From contig JANRKO010000043.1 of NCBI GenBank assembly GCA_033763455.1, forward strand, positions 1 through 64,000: a stretch of DNA of 64,000 bases. The letters run 5' to 3'. Of the stretch, positions 8,177-17,561 are shown piece after piece. The stretch's first letter is position 1, and every line of letters starts with the position of its first letter. Position numbers and translations under genes: made by a program. The notes under the pieces are model-generated. The model did not search any database. It was not told where the DNA came from and worked only from the letters and a program-made list of their open reading frames with translations. Origin of the DNA: Polyangiaceae bacterium (lineage in GTDB: Bacteria; Myxococcota_A; Polyangia; Polyangiales; Polyangiaceae).

Positions 8177-9535
8177 ATGTTCAATACGAGAAAGAATTCA
8201 TACATTCGCGCATATTGTGGCTCAACCGTGTGTTTATTTGCGTTAGCCTGTGGGCGTGTCGATCATCAATTCGGCAAGGACGGAGCTGGAGGGGATCCGT
8301 CCGTAAGCGGTGCGCACACTAACGGCAATGTGCCAGCTTCCGGGGGCACGCTCTCCACCAGCCCTGGTTTCGGCGGTGCCCCATTCACAATCCTAGGCTC
8401 CGGCGGTGCTCCTCTTGTCCCAGCAACTACTGGAGGCGCGGCCCCCACGCCGGTCGCTACTGGTGGCATGCCTTCCACCAGCTCCACATCCTCAGCAGGC
8501 GGCGCTGCTGGTGGTGGCGGGGCCGGTGGGCTGCTTCTTTTTGAGTGCACCTCGGGCACGAAACGGTGCGCGGGCAACGCAGTTCAGACGTGTGAAGCAG
8601 GAACGTGGCAGACACCCGTTGAGTGTGGAGCTTCAGCCCCCATTTGTAGCGGGGCAGGTGTGTGTGGCGTGCCCCCGAGTTGCGAAGGTTTGGTCAACAC
8701 ATGTGGTCCCGCCAGCAATGCCGCCTGTTGCGCCTCCCCTGTAGTGCCCGGCGGTACCTTCGACCGAAGCAACGACGGGACCCATCCGGCCACGGTGAGC
8801 GATTTTCGACTCGACACCTACGAAGTTACGGTAGGCCGGTTTCGCAAGTTTGTTGCGGTCTTCACACAGGACATGATTTCCGCTGGAGCCGGCAAAAATC
8901 CAAACAATGGCAGCGATCCCGGATGGGATCCCAACTGGAACACCCAGATGTCCGCTAACGCCATCGCCCTGGAGGCTGCACTGAAATGCAGCGGCACCAC
9001 CTGGACCGATGCGCCGGGTGCGAACGAGAACCTGCCAGCGGACTGCATGAATTGGTACGAAGCCAACGCCTTTTGCATCTGGGATGGGGGAAGGCTTCCC
9101 ACTCAAACCGAATGGAACTATGCGGCGGCTGCGGGAACGGAGCAGCGTCAATACCCGTGGTCCAACCCCGCTGGCAGTACCGCGATCGATTGCTCCTACG
9201 CGAACTATATGGGAGCGGCAAACGGGACGGCTTACTGCGTATCGCCTGAAGCCGGCGCTCCCAACCGCGTTGGCTCTGAGTCTCCCAAAGGCGACGGTAA
9301 GTGGGGCCAAGCGGACTTGGCCGGGAACATTGACGAGTGGAATCTGGATTGGCTCGGAACCTACAAGAATCCCTGCACGAACTGCGCTAACTTCACACCC
9401 GGTATTGGGCGCATACTCTCCGGCAGCGCCTTTAATCACCCGGCCTCGGCCTTGCTCACTTCCTATCAGGGGGGCAATCACAGCCCCGAAGGACGCAGTG
9501 CGAATTTCGGCGTTAGGTGCGCAAGGCTGCAGTAG
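8177..9535 (+). CDS. Second lipoprotein with an FGE-sulfatase (SUMF1) domain, paralogue of 4296-5675
   Basis: Lipobox ALAC; shares PGGTFDRSND..PATVS.FRLD.YEVTVGRFRKFV, WDGGRLPT..EWNYAAA and G.RCAR with the first copy. Confidence 0.9.
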   Translation: MFNTRKNSYIRAYCGSTVCLFALACGRVDHQFGKDGAGGDPSVSGAHTNGNVPASGGTLSTSPGFGGAPFTILGSGGAPLVPATTGGAAPTPVATGGMPSTSSTSSAGGAAGGGGAGGLLLFECTSGTKRCAGNAVQTCEAGTWQTPVECGASAPICSGAGVCGVPPSCEGLVNTCGPASNAACCASPVVPGGTFDRSNDGTHPATVSDFRLDTYEVTVGRFRKFVAVFTQDMISAGAGKNPNNGSDPGWDPNWNTQMSANAIALEAALKCSGTTWTDAPGANENLPADCMNWYEANAFCIWDGGRLPTQTEWNYAAAAGTEQRQYPWSNPAGSTAIDCSYANYMGAANGTAYCVSPEAGAPNRVGSESPKGDGKWGQADLAGNIDEWNLDWLGTYKNPCTNCANFTPGIGRILSGSAFNHPASALLTSYQGGNHSPEGRSANFGVRCARLQ

Positions 9536-9719
9536 CGGCGCAGGGCGACAAAAATGCCGCCGTAACGTGCAACGTAACCGCTGCATCAAAGAGGGATCGA
9601 AGATCAACGGATCAACGCATTTCTCAGCTCGTGATTGAGCGGGAGCGGCCTGGGCGATAAGATGCCCAGCGTGGGCTGCGAGCAGGGCCCCCGTGCCTCG
9701 AACTATTCCTGGATACCGG

Positions 9720-11063
9720 ATGAAACGCACCTGGGCTGTCAGCATGCTGGCGATTGGTCTCTTGGCTAACTGTGCTGGGAAGTTCTCAGATCCTGGTGAG
9801 GAACAGGCCATGCCCGGCACGGGTGGTAGTTCTGCCACCGGCCGTGGCTCTGGCGTTGGTGGTACCTCCGGCACCGGGGGTACGGGCATGAGCGGAGGTG
9901 TGCCTGCCGACTTTTGTTCCCGGTTTGGCCTTCGTTTCGCGCCCACGTGCGACGCTTGCCCCGTCGATCCGATCACCTGTCCTTGTTCTGTAGATGGTGC
10001 CTTCGAGGGTTTGTTCCCCAATTATCTACGCTGCAACTTCGGCCAATGCTTGCTGAGCATGGACTGCACGGAGATCTGCCGAGCCGTTGACGCCGTCTTT
10101 TCACCTTCGCCCGTGCCGCCCTCGCCCGATCTCTTGGATGACATAACGAGATTCCCCGCCTGCGTGCGGGAGCGCCCGTGTCAGTTCGATTCCGGCTGTG
10201 GCGTTAACGGTAAGTGCGTTGGTGAGTCCGAGACTCAGCTAGGAACGTGCACAGCCGGCGACGCCTTGTGCAAAGGAGCTAGCGATTGTTGGTCCGGGAT
10301 CTGTGTGGTCCGTGCGAGTTCGAGCGGCGCCGGAGGAAGCGGTGGAGCGGCAACCGGCGAGGGTGGCAGCGGAGCGCTAGGTGCTGGCGCAATGACGAGT
10401 ACCGGCTCCCCTTCGGGTGACGGCATTTGCAGCGATGGCATGCCAGGGTCTTATTGTAGTGCCGACAGCCACTGCCCAGGTGGCAAGTGCCTTGTAGGCT
10501 TCAACTCAATTTGCACTCGTGGCAATGCAGAAGATCCCTGCCGTGGGGCAAATGATTGCGTGAGCGGAACGTTCTGTGTTCGCGCACCGAGCGGTCCGGA
10601 CGCCGAGTTCGGCGCGTGTCGAGCGGGCAACACCGACGACCCATGCGGCGAAGATGCAGAGTGCAAGAGCGGAGCTTGCGTATACGGGACCTGCGGCACC
10701 GGCGAGAATCGCTCTTCCTGTTTCAAGCCCACGCAGTGCCGCGGGGGCTTCTGTGCGAGAACGCCGGGAAGCGGGGATAACGACGCGGGCAGCTGTGATT
10801 CAGGTGATTCGGGTGCTCTTTGCGCGCTCAACAGCGACTGCAAAAGCGCGCACTGCGCCGTTAGAGTATCGGATCAATTTTTGGGCATCTGCACCGACGG
10901 GAAATCCGGGGATCCGTGCGTGTTGGGAACGGACTGCAGCTCGCAAGTGTGCACGGTGCCCCGACCTCACGACAGCCAACCGGGGTGCGTCTCCGGTGGC
11001 CCATGCGGTTTGGGCGGAACTTGCGACGGAAACCTGGAGTGCCAGTATGGGCGCTGCAAGTGA
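9720..11063 (+). CDS. Cys-rich repeat lipoprotein
   Basis: Lipobox LANC; tandem C..G..G..C....C.S..C modules. Start placed at ATG 9720. Confidence 0.8.
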   Translation: MKRTWAVSMLAIGLLANCAGKFSDPGEEQAMPGTGGSSATGRGSGVGGTSGTGGTGMSGGVPADFCSRFGLRFAPTCDACPVDPITCPCSVDGAFEGLFPNYLRCNFGQCLLSMDCTEICRAVDAVFSPSPVPPSPDLLDDITRFPACVRERPCQFDSGCGVNGKCVGESETQLGTCTAGDALCKGASDCWSGICVVRASSSGAGGSGGAATGEGGSGALGAGAMTSTGSPSGDGICSDGMPGSYCSADSHCPGGKCLVGFNSICTRGNAEDPCRGANDCVSGTFCVRAPSGPDAEFGACRAGNTDDPCGEDAECKSGACVYGTCGTGENRSSCFKPTQCRGGFCARTPGSGDNDAGSCDSGDSGALCALNSDCKSAHCAVRVSDQFLGICTDGKSGDPCVLGTDCSSQVCTVPRPHDSQPGCVSGGPCGLGGTCDGNLECQYGRCK

Positions 11064-11101
11064 AGGCAATCAACTACGGGTACACGCTTCAGGCGAACGG
11101 G

Positions 11102-11920
11102 CTAGTTGAGCCACTGGTCCCCTTTTTTCTCGGGCTTCTTTTTCCCGCTCGCTCCGCCTTCGATCACCTGAAATCCTGAAGCTTTGGCGCGCTTCTGGCC
11201 AGATCTGCGTGCCTGGGCCGTTTCGCGATCGAGTTGCCGCAGGCGAAACTTTAAGTATAGCCGGCGCAATGGAGAAGGGGTGCCCGCGCCAAACAACCAA
11301 CCGGCTCCCATGCCCGCAAACGCAGCTATGTGCCCTGAGGGCGGAACTTCGCCGACCACAAGAGACATCAAGTTAAGGCCCACCACCACCATCACTAGGC
11401 CTTTGGAAGTGATGGGGATTACGAAAGCCAAGCGCACGGTGCTATTTCTGAAGCTAAGCGCCCACGCGATTGCCGTGGCTTCCACAGCCGGGATTGAGCC
11501 AAACCAAATCGATCCCACAAGCTTTGTGGACAAGCTCGCAGGTAATACGAGTTGGAAGGCGAGCTGCACGCCATAAGCGAGCAGAAGTGAAGCTATGAGG
11601 AATCGCAGGAAGCGCGCTCCGCCCCAGGCATCCTCCAGCGAAGTTCCAAGGAAGTAGAGACCCATTATGGCACCCAGGATGTGCCAGATGGATCCGCTTG
11701 GCGCGTGCATCAAGGGAGCCGTGAATAGCCGCCACACTTCGCCCTGGAGGATCTTGGAAGTGTTCCCGCAGAAAAGCAGAAAGACGTTTTCGGAAGTTTC
11801 ACCCCAATTGATGGCGAGTGCGAACGCAAGCCAGATCGAAAACAGTGCGATAAGCACCACTCTGAGCACCGGCCCAGGGCGCGGCAGACCAAGTTGTTGG
11901 CTCATGTCGGAAGACGCCAT
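11102..11920 (-). CDS. Rhomboid-family membrane protein with degenerate catalytic motifs
   Basis: GEVWRLFT...H...HI rhomboid signature and multiple TM helices; no GxSG or HxxG. Start probably ATG 11920 (ORF track extends to 11956). Confidence 0.75.
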   Translation of the reverse strand: MASSDMSQQLGLPRPGPVLRVVLIALFSIWLAFALAINWGETSENVFLLFCGNTSKILQGEVWRLFTAPLMHAPSGSIWHILGAIMGLYFLGTSLEDAWGGARFLRFLIASLLLAYGVQLAFQLVLPASLSTKLVGSIWFGSIPAVEATAIAWALSFRNSTVRLAFVIPITSKGLVMVVVGLNLMSLVVGEVPPSGHIAAFAGMGAGWLFGAGTPSPLRRLYLKFRLRQLDRETAQARRSGQKRAKASGFQVIEGGASGKKKPEKKGDQWLN

Positions 11921-11978
11921 ATTAGCAGGGGTAACGCTCCGGGGTCTTTCGGGCAACCCAGAAGGGGGATCTTCCAGC

Positions 11979-12674
11979 CTACGGCTTACCGGTGAGCTCG
12001 ACCAACGGGGAACAGAACCTAATGTACTGGGTGGCGCGATTCACGGCCTCCACCGGACGATCGCTGCAGCGTGCTTTCCAACGAGGCGTCACAAGCTGCC
12101 CGGAGGCGTCCCGCATCTGACGGGTACCGGGCTCACCATCGGGCTGCAGATCTGCAGGGGCATAGTCATAGCCGTCAATTTCTACGGCATAAAGGTTCCC
12201 GAGAGTGACGTTTGAGGTGACCACTATGCGATTGCACCCAACAGGAGGGGAGCTCTTCAAGGCTTTTGCGTCGAGCGGCAGGGGCGCTTCGCTCGTGGGT
12301 TCGCGCGTCGCGGTCCCCGCTTGTCCGGAGCCCGCCTGAGCTGTGGCTCCGGCTTGCCCGGCCCCTGCATTGTGCGCCCCGGCAGCACTTACGACGCCTC
12401 CAGATCCGCCTCCGCCCCCCATTGCCGTCGGCTCGGCGGCGATTTGCGGTGCGCCGCCCGCGGGCGTTACGTCGAAGAACGTCGCGACGTAACTGCGAAG
12501 GCTGCCTGATGTGTCAGTACAGGAGCGTCCACTCAAGAAGTTCTGCGGATCAACCGCCACCAATGTCGGACGCACCACTTCCGTGGATGAGAGGCTACTG
12601 TCGAAACACCCTGAAGCGAGCAGGGCTGCAACCAGGAACGCGGTGTTGATCGGGCGACGTTGTTGAGCTGACAT
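11979..12674 (-). CDS. Hypothetical lipoprotein
   Basis: MSAQQRR...LLASGC lipobox; start placed at ATG 12674, just after the upstream gene. Confidence 0.7.
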   Translation of the reverse strand: MSAQQRRPINTAFLVAALLASGCFDSSLSSTEVVRPTLVAVDPQNFLSGRSCTDTSGSLRSYVATFFDVTPAGGAPQIAAEPTAMGGGGGSGGVVSAAGAHNAGAGQAGATAQAGSGQAGTATREPTSEAPLPLDAKALKSSPPVGCNRIVVTSNVTLGNLYAVEIDGYDYAPADLQPDGEPGTRQMRDASGQLVTPRWKARCSDRPVEAVNRATQYIRFCSPLVELTGKP

Positions 12675-12687
12675 TGGCCTGTTTTTC

Positions 12688-13113
12688 TTACTTACCACCA
12701 GCGCCACCTGTGCCGGCGCCACCTGTGCTAGAACCGCCTGTACCCGCGCCACCTGCACCAGCACCACCTGCACCAGGGTTATCAACGGGCACCGCTAAGA
12801 AGGCGCACTCTTTGGACTCTTCGGGGGCTTTGGCGACGCCACAAGTCGCATCCGCGGCAATAGCCGCGACGCAACTGTTTACCTGCGTCGCGTTGGGCGT
12901 CACCTTGCCCGGCACACCGCCGAGGCACTGATCCCGATAGTAGCGCTGGCACGCATCGAGATCAGTTAGGAGGCCGCACTGTTTGAACGAAGCACAGCGA
13001 GCGTTTTCGATCTTGCGGCAAGCTTCCACGCCGACCGCCTCGGTGCCACAGCCCAGGCTCACGTGAGCCGTCGCGACCAGGAAAAGTACGGCAAGGCTTC
13101 GAACACGGCGCAT
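12688..13113 (-). CDS. Small Cys-rich lipoprotein with a Gly-rich tail
   Basis: Lipobox SLGC, multiple cysteines, C-terminal GAGG repeats. Confidence 0.75.
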   Translation of the reverse strand: MRRVRSLAVLFLVATAHVSLGCGTEAVGVEACRKIENARCASFKQCGLLTDLDACQRYYRDQCLGGVPGKVTPNATQVNSCVAAIAADATCGVAKAPEESKECAFLAVPVDNPGAGGAGAGGAGTGGSSTGGAGTGGAGGK

Positions 13114-13196
13114 ACGGGGTCGCGTAGCACACCCCGCCCCGGCAAAGCGAGCCTCCTCGCTTTACCTCGGCGGCCACTCGGGGCAGCATCCCCAAC

Positions 13197-14075
13197 GTGC
13201 TCACGGCCATGGTGTTGGCAGCCGGTCTTGGAACAAGGCTTCGCCCACTCACCGACGAACTGCCCAAAGCGCTGGTTCCTGTCGGGGACATGCCGCTGCT
13301 TGGCCAGATCTTCGCGCGCCTGGCTCGTGGTGGTGTGACGCAGGTGGTCCTAAATACGCACCACCTGCCATTAGCATTTGAATCGCTGGTTCGAGCTGCT
13401 CCGCTGAGCGTGCAGGTGATCAACGAACCGTCTCTCCTGGGCACAGCAGGCGCCTTGGCTAACGCGCGTTCATTCCTCGGAACAGGTACGGTAATTGTGT
13501 ACAACGCTGATATCTTGGTTGAGTTCAACCTTGATGCTCTGCTGGCTGGGACACACGATGGTGCGCCGTGTCTGATGGTGGCTGAGGCGAGAGCGAAGGG
13601 GACAGTCGGCGTTGATGCAAGCAATTGCGTAGCCCGCTTGCGTGGAGAACGCTTCGGAGAAGTCATCCGAGAAACGGACTACGTGGGGGTGATGGCGCTT
13701 CCGGCTGCCCTCATTTCTGAGTTGCCAGCGCAGGGCTGCCTGGTTGGTGACTATCTGCTGCCGCGCCTGCGTCGAGCGGAATCAGTGAGAACGGTGCCCG
13801 CGCGTGGGGCCTGGTGTGATGTGGGATCACTCGCAAGTTACTGGCAAGCTAACATGTCTTGGCTTGAACGCACCGTGGGGGTGGGGGCGAGCTGGTGCGG
13901 CCCAGGGGCGAGCCTCGGGGAAAACGTGCGGCTTCGGAGTTCTTTGATCGGCGCGAACGCCAAAGTAGTGGGCTCCGGTGAGCTTCGGGATTGTGTGGTG
14001 TGGCCCGGTGCCACCGTTCGAGCACCGCTTCAACGGGCGATCGTGACTGCCGCGGGAAACGTCGTGCCGTGCTGA
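13197..14075 (+). CDS. Sugar-phosphate nucleotidyltransferase (NDP-sugar synthase family)
   Basis: LAAGLGTRLRPLT..LPK, LGTAGAL, NADI and WCDVGS motifs; short beta-helix C-terminus. Confidence 0.9.
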   Translation: MLTAMVLAAGLGTRLRPLTDELPKALVPVGDMPLLGQIFARLARGGVTQVVLNTHHLPLAFESLVRAAPLSVQVINEPSLLGTAGALANARSFLGTGTVIVYNADILVEFNLDALLAGTHDGAPCLMVAEARAKGTVGVDASNCVARLRGERFGEVIRETDYVGVMALPAALISELPAQGCLVGDYLLPRLRRAESVRTVPARGAWCDVGSLASYWQANMSWLERTVGVGASWCGPGASLGENVRLRSSLIGANAKVVGSGELRDCVVWPGATVRAPLQRAIVTAAGNVVPC

Positions 14076-15337
14076 AAGGTCGGTACTTTGAGCTGCCGAT
14101 AGATCTGCCGGCGGACGCACTCGCGCTGGGGCGAAGGCTCCGGCAGCGTCCCGATCTGGCGGTGCTCCTGGACACTTCAGGGGCCACCCCGGCGTATATT
14201 GCCTGCGATGCGGTTGGGGTTTCTCACGATTTTGACCCTGAGCCGGACCTGCCACTTGACCCAAATGCGCTGAGGTTTCCCCGCTGGATAGGTGTGCTCC
14301 CCTATGAGGCGGGTCGAGGATGGGAGCGGCATGCGGTGGCAGATGCGCGCCCGCTACCACACCTCGTGCGCCCAGAATGGCGCCGTTACGACGCTATCAT
14401 TGAGGTTACCGACGCGGTGCGGATCTTGGGTACAGACGAGCAGAGCGCTCTTGCCTTGAAGCAACACCTCCTTGAAGGCGCTGAGCACGCATCTGATCCT
14501 GTTCGGGCGATCGCACACGCACCCGAAGAAGCGCCGGGCGTGCACCTGGAACGCATCAGGGTTGCCCTAGAGCACATTAGCGCGGGTGACTTGTATCAGG
14601 TAAACCTTGCTCGGCGGGCTGAATTTAAGCTCGAAGGGTGTGTTGTTGATATTCTGGAGCGGCTCCTTGAACGCACCGATGGGCCGTTTTGTGCGGCGCT
14701 CGCCCTCAGTGCTGTGGATGTGGTGGCGAATTCTCCGGAGTTGTTCTTGTCGCTAGATGCGGATGGCAGGGCTGCCTCCATTCCTATCAAAGGAACGCGC
14801 CCCCGAGGGAAAACATCCGAGGAGGATGTCCGCCTCAAAAAGGAGCTTGGCGAAGACCCCAAAGAACATGCCGAGCTTGTGATGGTGGTGGATGTAGTAC
14901 GCAATGATTTGGGTCGCATTGCGGCCACGGGCTCTGTGCGCGTCGAAGGCGGCTTTCAGGTTGAAAGCTTTCGCAGTGTTCATCACAGAGGAGCCCGAGT
15001 CGTGGCGGAGCTGGCTACTTGGGCCACGCGTGAAGATCTGTTTCGTGCCACGTTGCCGAGTGGAAGCGTAACGGGCGCGCCTAAGGCCCGCGCGATGGAG
15101 CTCATCGCCCAGCTAGAAGCCCATCGACGCGGCATCTACACTGGGGCGTTTGGAAGCATTCATCAGGACGGGAGCGTGCGGCTCGGCATGGCCATTCGAA
15201 CGCTCACCCGAGTGCGAAACACGGGCGTTGCGCACTATTTTGCTGGCGGAGGCATCGTGGCAGATAGCGTTCCGACCCAAGAAGTCGAGGAAACGCGCTG
15301 GAAAGCCTCTCATTTGGCGGCTCTCTACCCCTCGTAG
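14069..15337 (+). CDS. Chorismate-binding enzyme (PabB/anthranilate synthase component I family)
   Basis: YQVNL, SPELF, PIKGTRPRG, KEHAELVMVVD..RNDL and GSVTGAPK motifs. Start placed at GTG 14069. Confidence 0.9.
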   Translation: MLKGRYFELPIDLPADALALGRRLRQRPDLAVLLDTSGATPAYIACDAVGVSHDFDPEPDLPLDPNALRFPRWIGVLPYEAGRGWERHAVADARPLPHLVRPEWRRYDAIIEVTDAVRILGTDEQSALALKQHLLEGAEHASDPVRAIAHAPEEAPGVHLERIRVALEHISAGDLYQVNLARRAEFKLEGCVVDILERLLERTDGPFCAALALSAVDVVANSPELFLSLDADGRAASIPIKGTRPRGKTSEEDVRLKKELGEDPKEHAELVMVVDVVRNDLGRIAATGSVRVEGGFQVESFRSVHHRGARVVAELATWATREDLFRATLPSGSVTGAPKARAMELIAQLEAHRRGIYTGAFGSIHQDGSVRLGMAIRTLTRVRNTGVAHYFAGGGIVADSVPTQEVEETRWKASHLAALYPS

Positions 15338-15414
15338 GTCAAGCCTTTCGGGGCGAATGCGGGGAATTGGGCCGAAGTGCCCGGCCAGTGGTATCGCTTG
15401 CGACAGGGAATTCC

Positions 15415-16257
15415 ATGGACTCAGCGAACGTGCGCAATCTAGACCAGATCCAAGAGCAAGTGGGCCATGCTCGCCCGCTTCAATTCATGACCATTGGGCT
15501 AGGGGCTTTGGTTCTGGGTCTACTTACGGTAGTGGCCGTCACAGTGATTGATCGCCGGGACGAGGCTCAGAAGCCGAAGCTCGATCCCTTGGAAGAGCTC
15601 GTCAAACAAACGCGCCGTCAGAACTTGAGCTCGGGGGCAGAGATAAGCGCCAAAGAGCTCACTTTCCCCAAGGTGTTGAGCGACCACGGCCAGGAGACAA
15701 CGGCCCTTTCGGCCGTGAAAGACGAGCGCGGTCGACTAGTGAAGCCGAACTCTCAAGCTGCACCGCCAGCCGAGGCGGAGTGGGTGTCGAAGATTTCGGG
15801 GCAGATCCCCAGCAAGCTTCAAGCGGCGGGCGAAATGATGAACCAAAGTTCGGTCACGCTCGCTCCCAAGGATCCGCTTGTGGCGCTCGCAGTGCGCGCT
15901 TCCGAAGCTCCCGCAGGGACCATCGCGGCAGATCCTGGCAACGATGGGGGCCTACAGCTGCAGGTGGCGAGCTTTCAGAGCATGGAGGAAGCGGATAGTC
16001 TGGTATCAGCGCTGCGGCAGCGTGGGCACCAAGCTTTTCGAATTGCGGCGGTTGTACCAGGCAAGGGCACCTGGCACCGCGTGCGGATTGGACCATTTAA
16101 GACCCGGTTTGAGGCAGATCGCTACAAGCGTGCCTACGAAGCCAAAGAACATATGAACGGCTACGTGGTGGATCCCGAACAGGTGAAACGCGCCGAGGAA
16201 ATCAAGGACGCGAAGGCCAAGTCGAGAGCGGCGGCGCGGAAAAAGAATAGCCACTGA
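15415..16257 (+). CDS. SPOR-domain membrane-anchored protein (FtsN/DedD-like)
   Basis: One N-terminal TM helix; LQVASF...A..L...L and WHRVRIGPF motifs. Confidence 0.85.
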   Translation: MDSANVRNLDQIQEQVGHARPLQFMTIGLGALVLGLLTVVAVTVIDRRDEAQKPKLDPLEELVKQTRRQNLSSGAEISAKELTFPKVLSDHGQETTALSAVKDERGRLVKPNSQAAPPAEAEWVSKISGQIPSKLQAAGEMMNQSSVTLAPKDPLVALAVRASEAPAGTIAADPGNDGGLQLQVASFQSMEEADSLVSALRQRGHQAFRIAAVVPGKGTWHRVRIGPFKTRFEADRYKRAYEAKEHMNGYVVDPEQVKRAEEIKDAKAKSRAAARKKNSH

Positions 16258-16260
16258 AGG

Positions 16261-17442
16261 CTAGCCCTTATCCTTCTTTTCCTTGCGCTGTAGCTGCTGT
16301 CGAACGGCCTGGGAGATGGCCCCGTTGACGTTCTTGCTCTTGGACAAAATCTTGAGATCATTGTCACGCAAGAGGGGAATAATGCGAGCCGCAAACGAAA
16401 AGGGCGTGCGCGGGTTGGTTACCAAGTTGAGCTTTACCTGATAGCTTCGGGTAAACTCGCGGTTCAGGGAAATAATTCGCAGTACATCCTCGGACACAGC
16501 GCGGCTGGCTGCGATGCGTGCAGCTTCAGGTTCACGCATGTTGGGGCTTTTGGCGGCAGCTGCTGCGACCAAGCGATTCGGATCTCGCACCAATAGTAGG
16601 CGCGCGGCAGCATCCCCCAGCATCGCCTTTCGGATCTTCTGCGTGATGGTCATTTGCGCGATGAGGGTATGCAGCGGGACGCACTTTTCCTTAATTTTTT
16701 CTTCGCCTTCCTCATCCACTTCGTGCGTGTCGTCCTCGTCGGAAAGCACTATGCTTTCATCCACCGCTCGAGCCTCGGCGAAAAGTACGTCATCGAACGT
16801 GGGCTCAACGGACGCTTCAACGATGAGCTCGTTGCGAATCGCCTGCGCAGCTTCCTTGTATGCGGGAATGTTGAGCTCGATGTCATTGCGAATGGCGAGC
16901 TCAAGCAAGCGATCTGCAGTAGACATGCGTACCCGCCGATTCATGTAGAGCTTCTCGATGACGGTGGGATGCTTAAGCAACAGATTTTCGTTGGTGGCAA
17001 TTAATTCGCCGGCCCGTTCGTCGGCGGCCGTTGCCAAAAATTCGAGCGCGCGGACCCCAATTTGAGGCATCCGCAGCAGGTGTTCGATGACGCCATGGCT
17101 CCGGCTGAACTCGGAGGCAAACAGCTCGATGACGGACTCCTGAAGGTCGCTCTCAAGTGCGCCGGCAAGAATGGGCGCCGGAAGATTGCTAAAGGTGGTT
17201 CGGGCCGTTTGGGCCACCTCGGGATCGGCGTCGCGCGTGAGCGCGGCAACTACGGTGGCGATGTCTCCTGGCTTGAGCCCAGGAATGATTCCCCTTGCAG
17301 CCAATTTCTTGGCGCCAACCGGGGTCGTCGGGGCAAGAATGCGCTGCGCCGCGGTCGGTAATGCTGGCAGGTTCAAGCTGAAGTCCCCCACCAGCTGGGG
17401 CAGGTTGGCGCCGCTTGAGGTTGGGGTGAACGAGTCCGCCAC
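16261..17442 (-). CDS. Hypothetical all-helical protein
   Basis: 393-aa ORF with helical-repeat character (QKIRKAMLGD..AR.LLVRDPNRLV, LVTNPRTP). Confidence 0.75.
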   Translation of the reverse strand: MADSFTPTSSGANLPQLVGDFSLNLPALPTAAQRILAPTTPVGAKKLAARGIIPGLKPGDIATVVAALTRDADPEVAQTARTTFSNLPAPILAGALESDLQESVIELFASEFSRSHGVIEHLLRMPQIGVRALEFLATAADERAGELIATNENLLLKHPTVIEKLYMNRRVRMSTADRLLELAIRNDIELNIPAYKEAAQAIRNELIVEASVEPTFDDVLFAEARAVDESIVLSDEDDTHEVDEEGEEKIKEKCVPLHTLIAQMTITQKIRKAMLGDAAARLLLVRDPNRLVAAAAAKSPNMREPEAARIAASRAVSEDVLRIISLNREFTRSYQVKLNLVTNPRTPFSFAARIIPLLRDNDLKILSKSKNVNGAISQAVRQQLQRKEKKDKG

Positions 17443-17561
17443 GATCTTGGGAGGGTAGTGTGTTGCGGGTCTCAGCCGCTAGCACTATCTTTTGCCGGCC
17501 ACGCGGAGGTTTTCCTGCGCGGGCGTTGGTCTGGACCCTAACCCAATTCACCGAGGCTAAG

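Noticed and set aside
9400..9535. Variable-region signature in the second FGE gene, or a TR/VR pairing with the first
   Set aside because: Mixed third-position bases, and the differences from the first gene are not adenine-specific. This looks like ordinary paralogue divergence.
8633..10021. 462-aa minus-strand ORF and other long antisense or alternate-frame ORFs (e.g. 6218-7129, 27536-28321, 35976-36719, 58342-59016, 60434-61111)
   Set aside because: Shadows of well-supported genes in GC-rich DNA, with no recognisable motifs.
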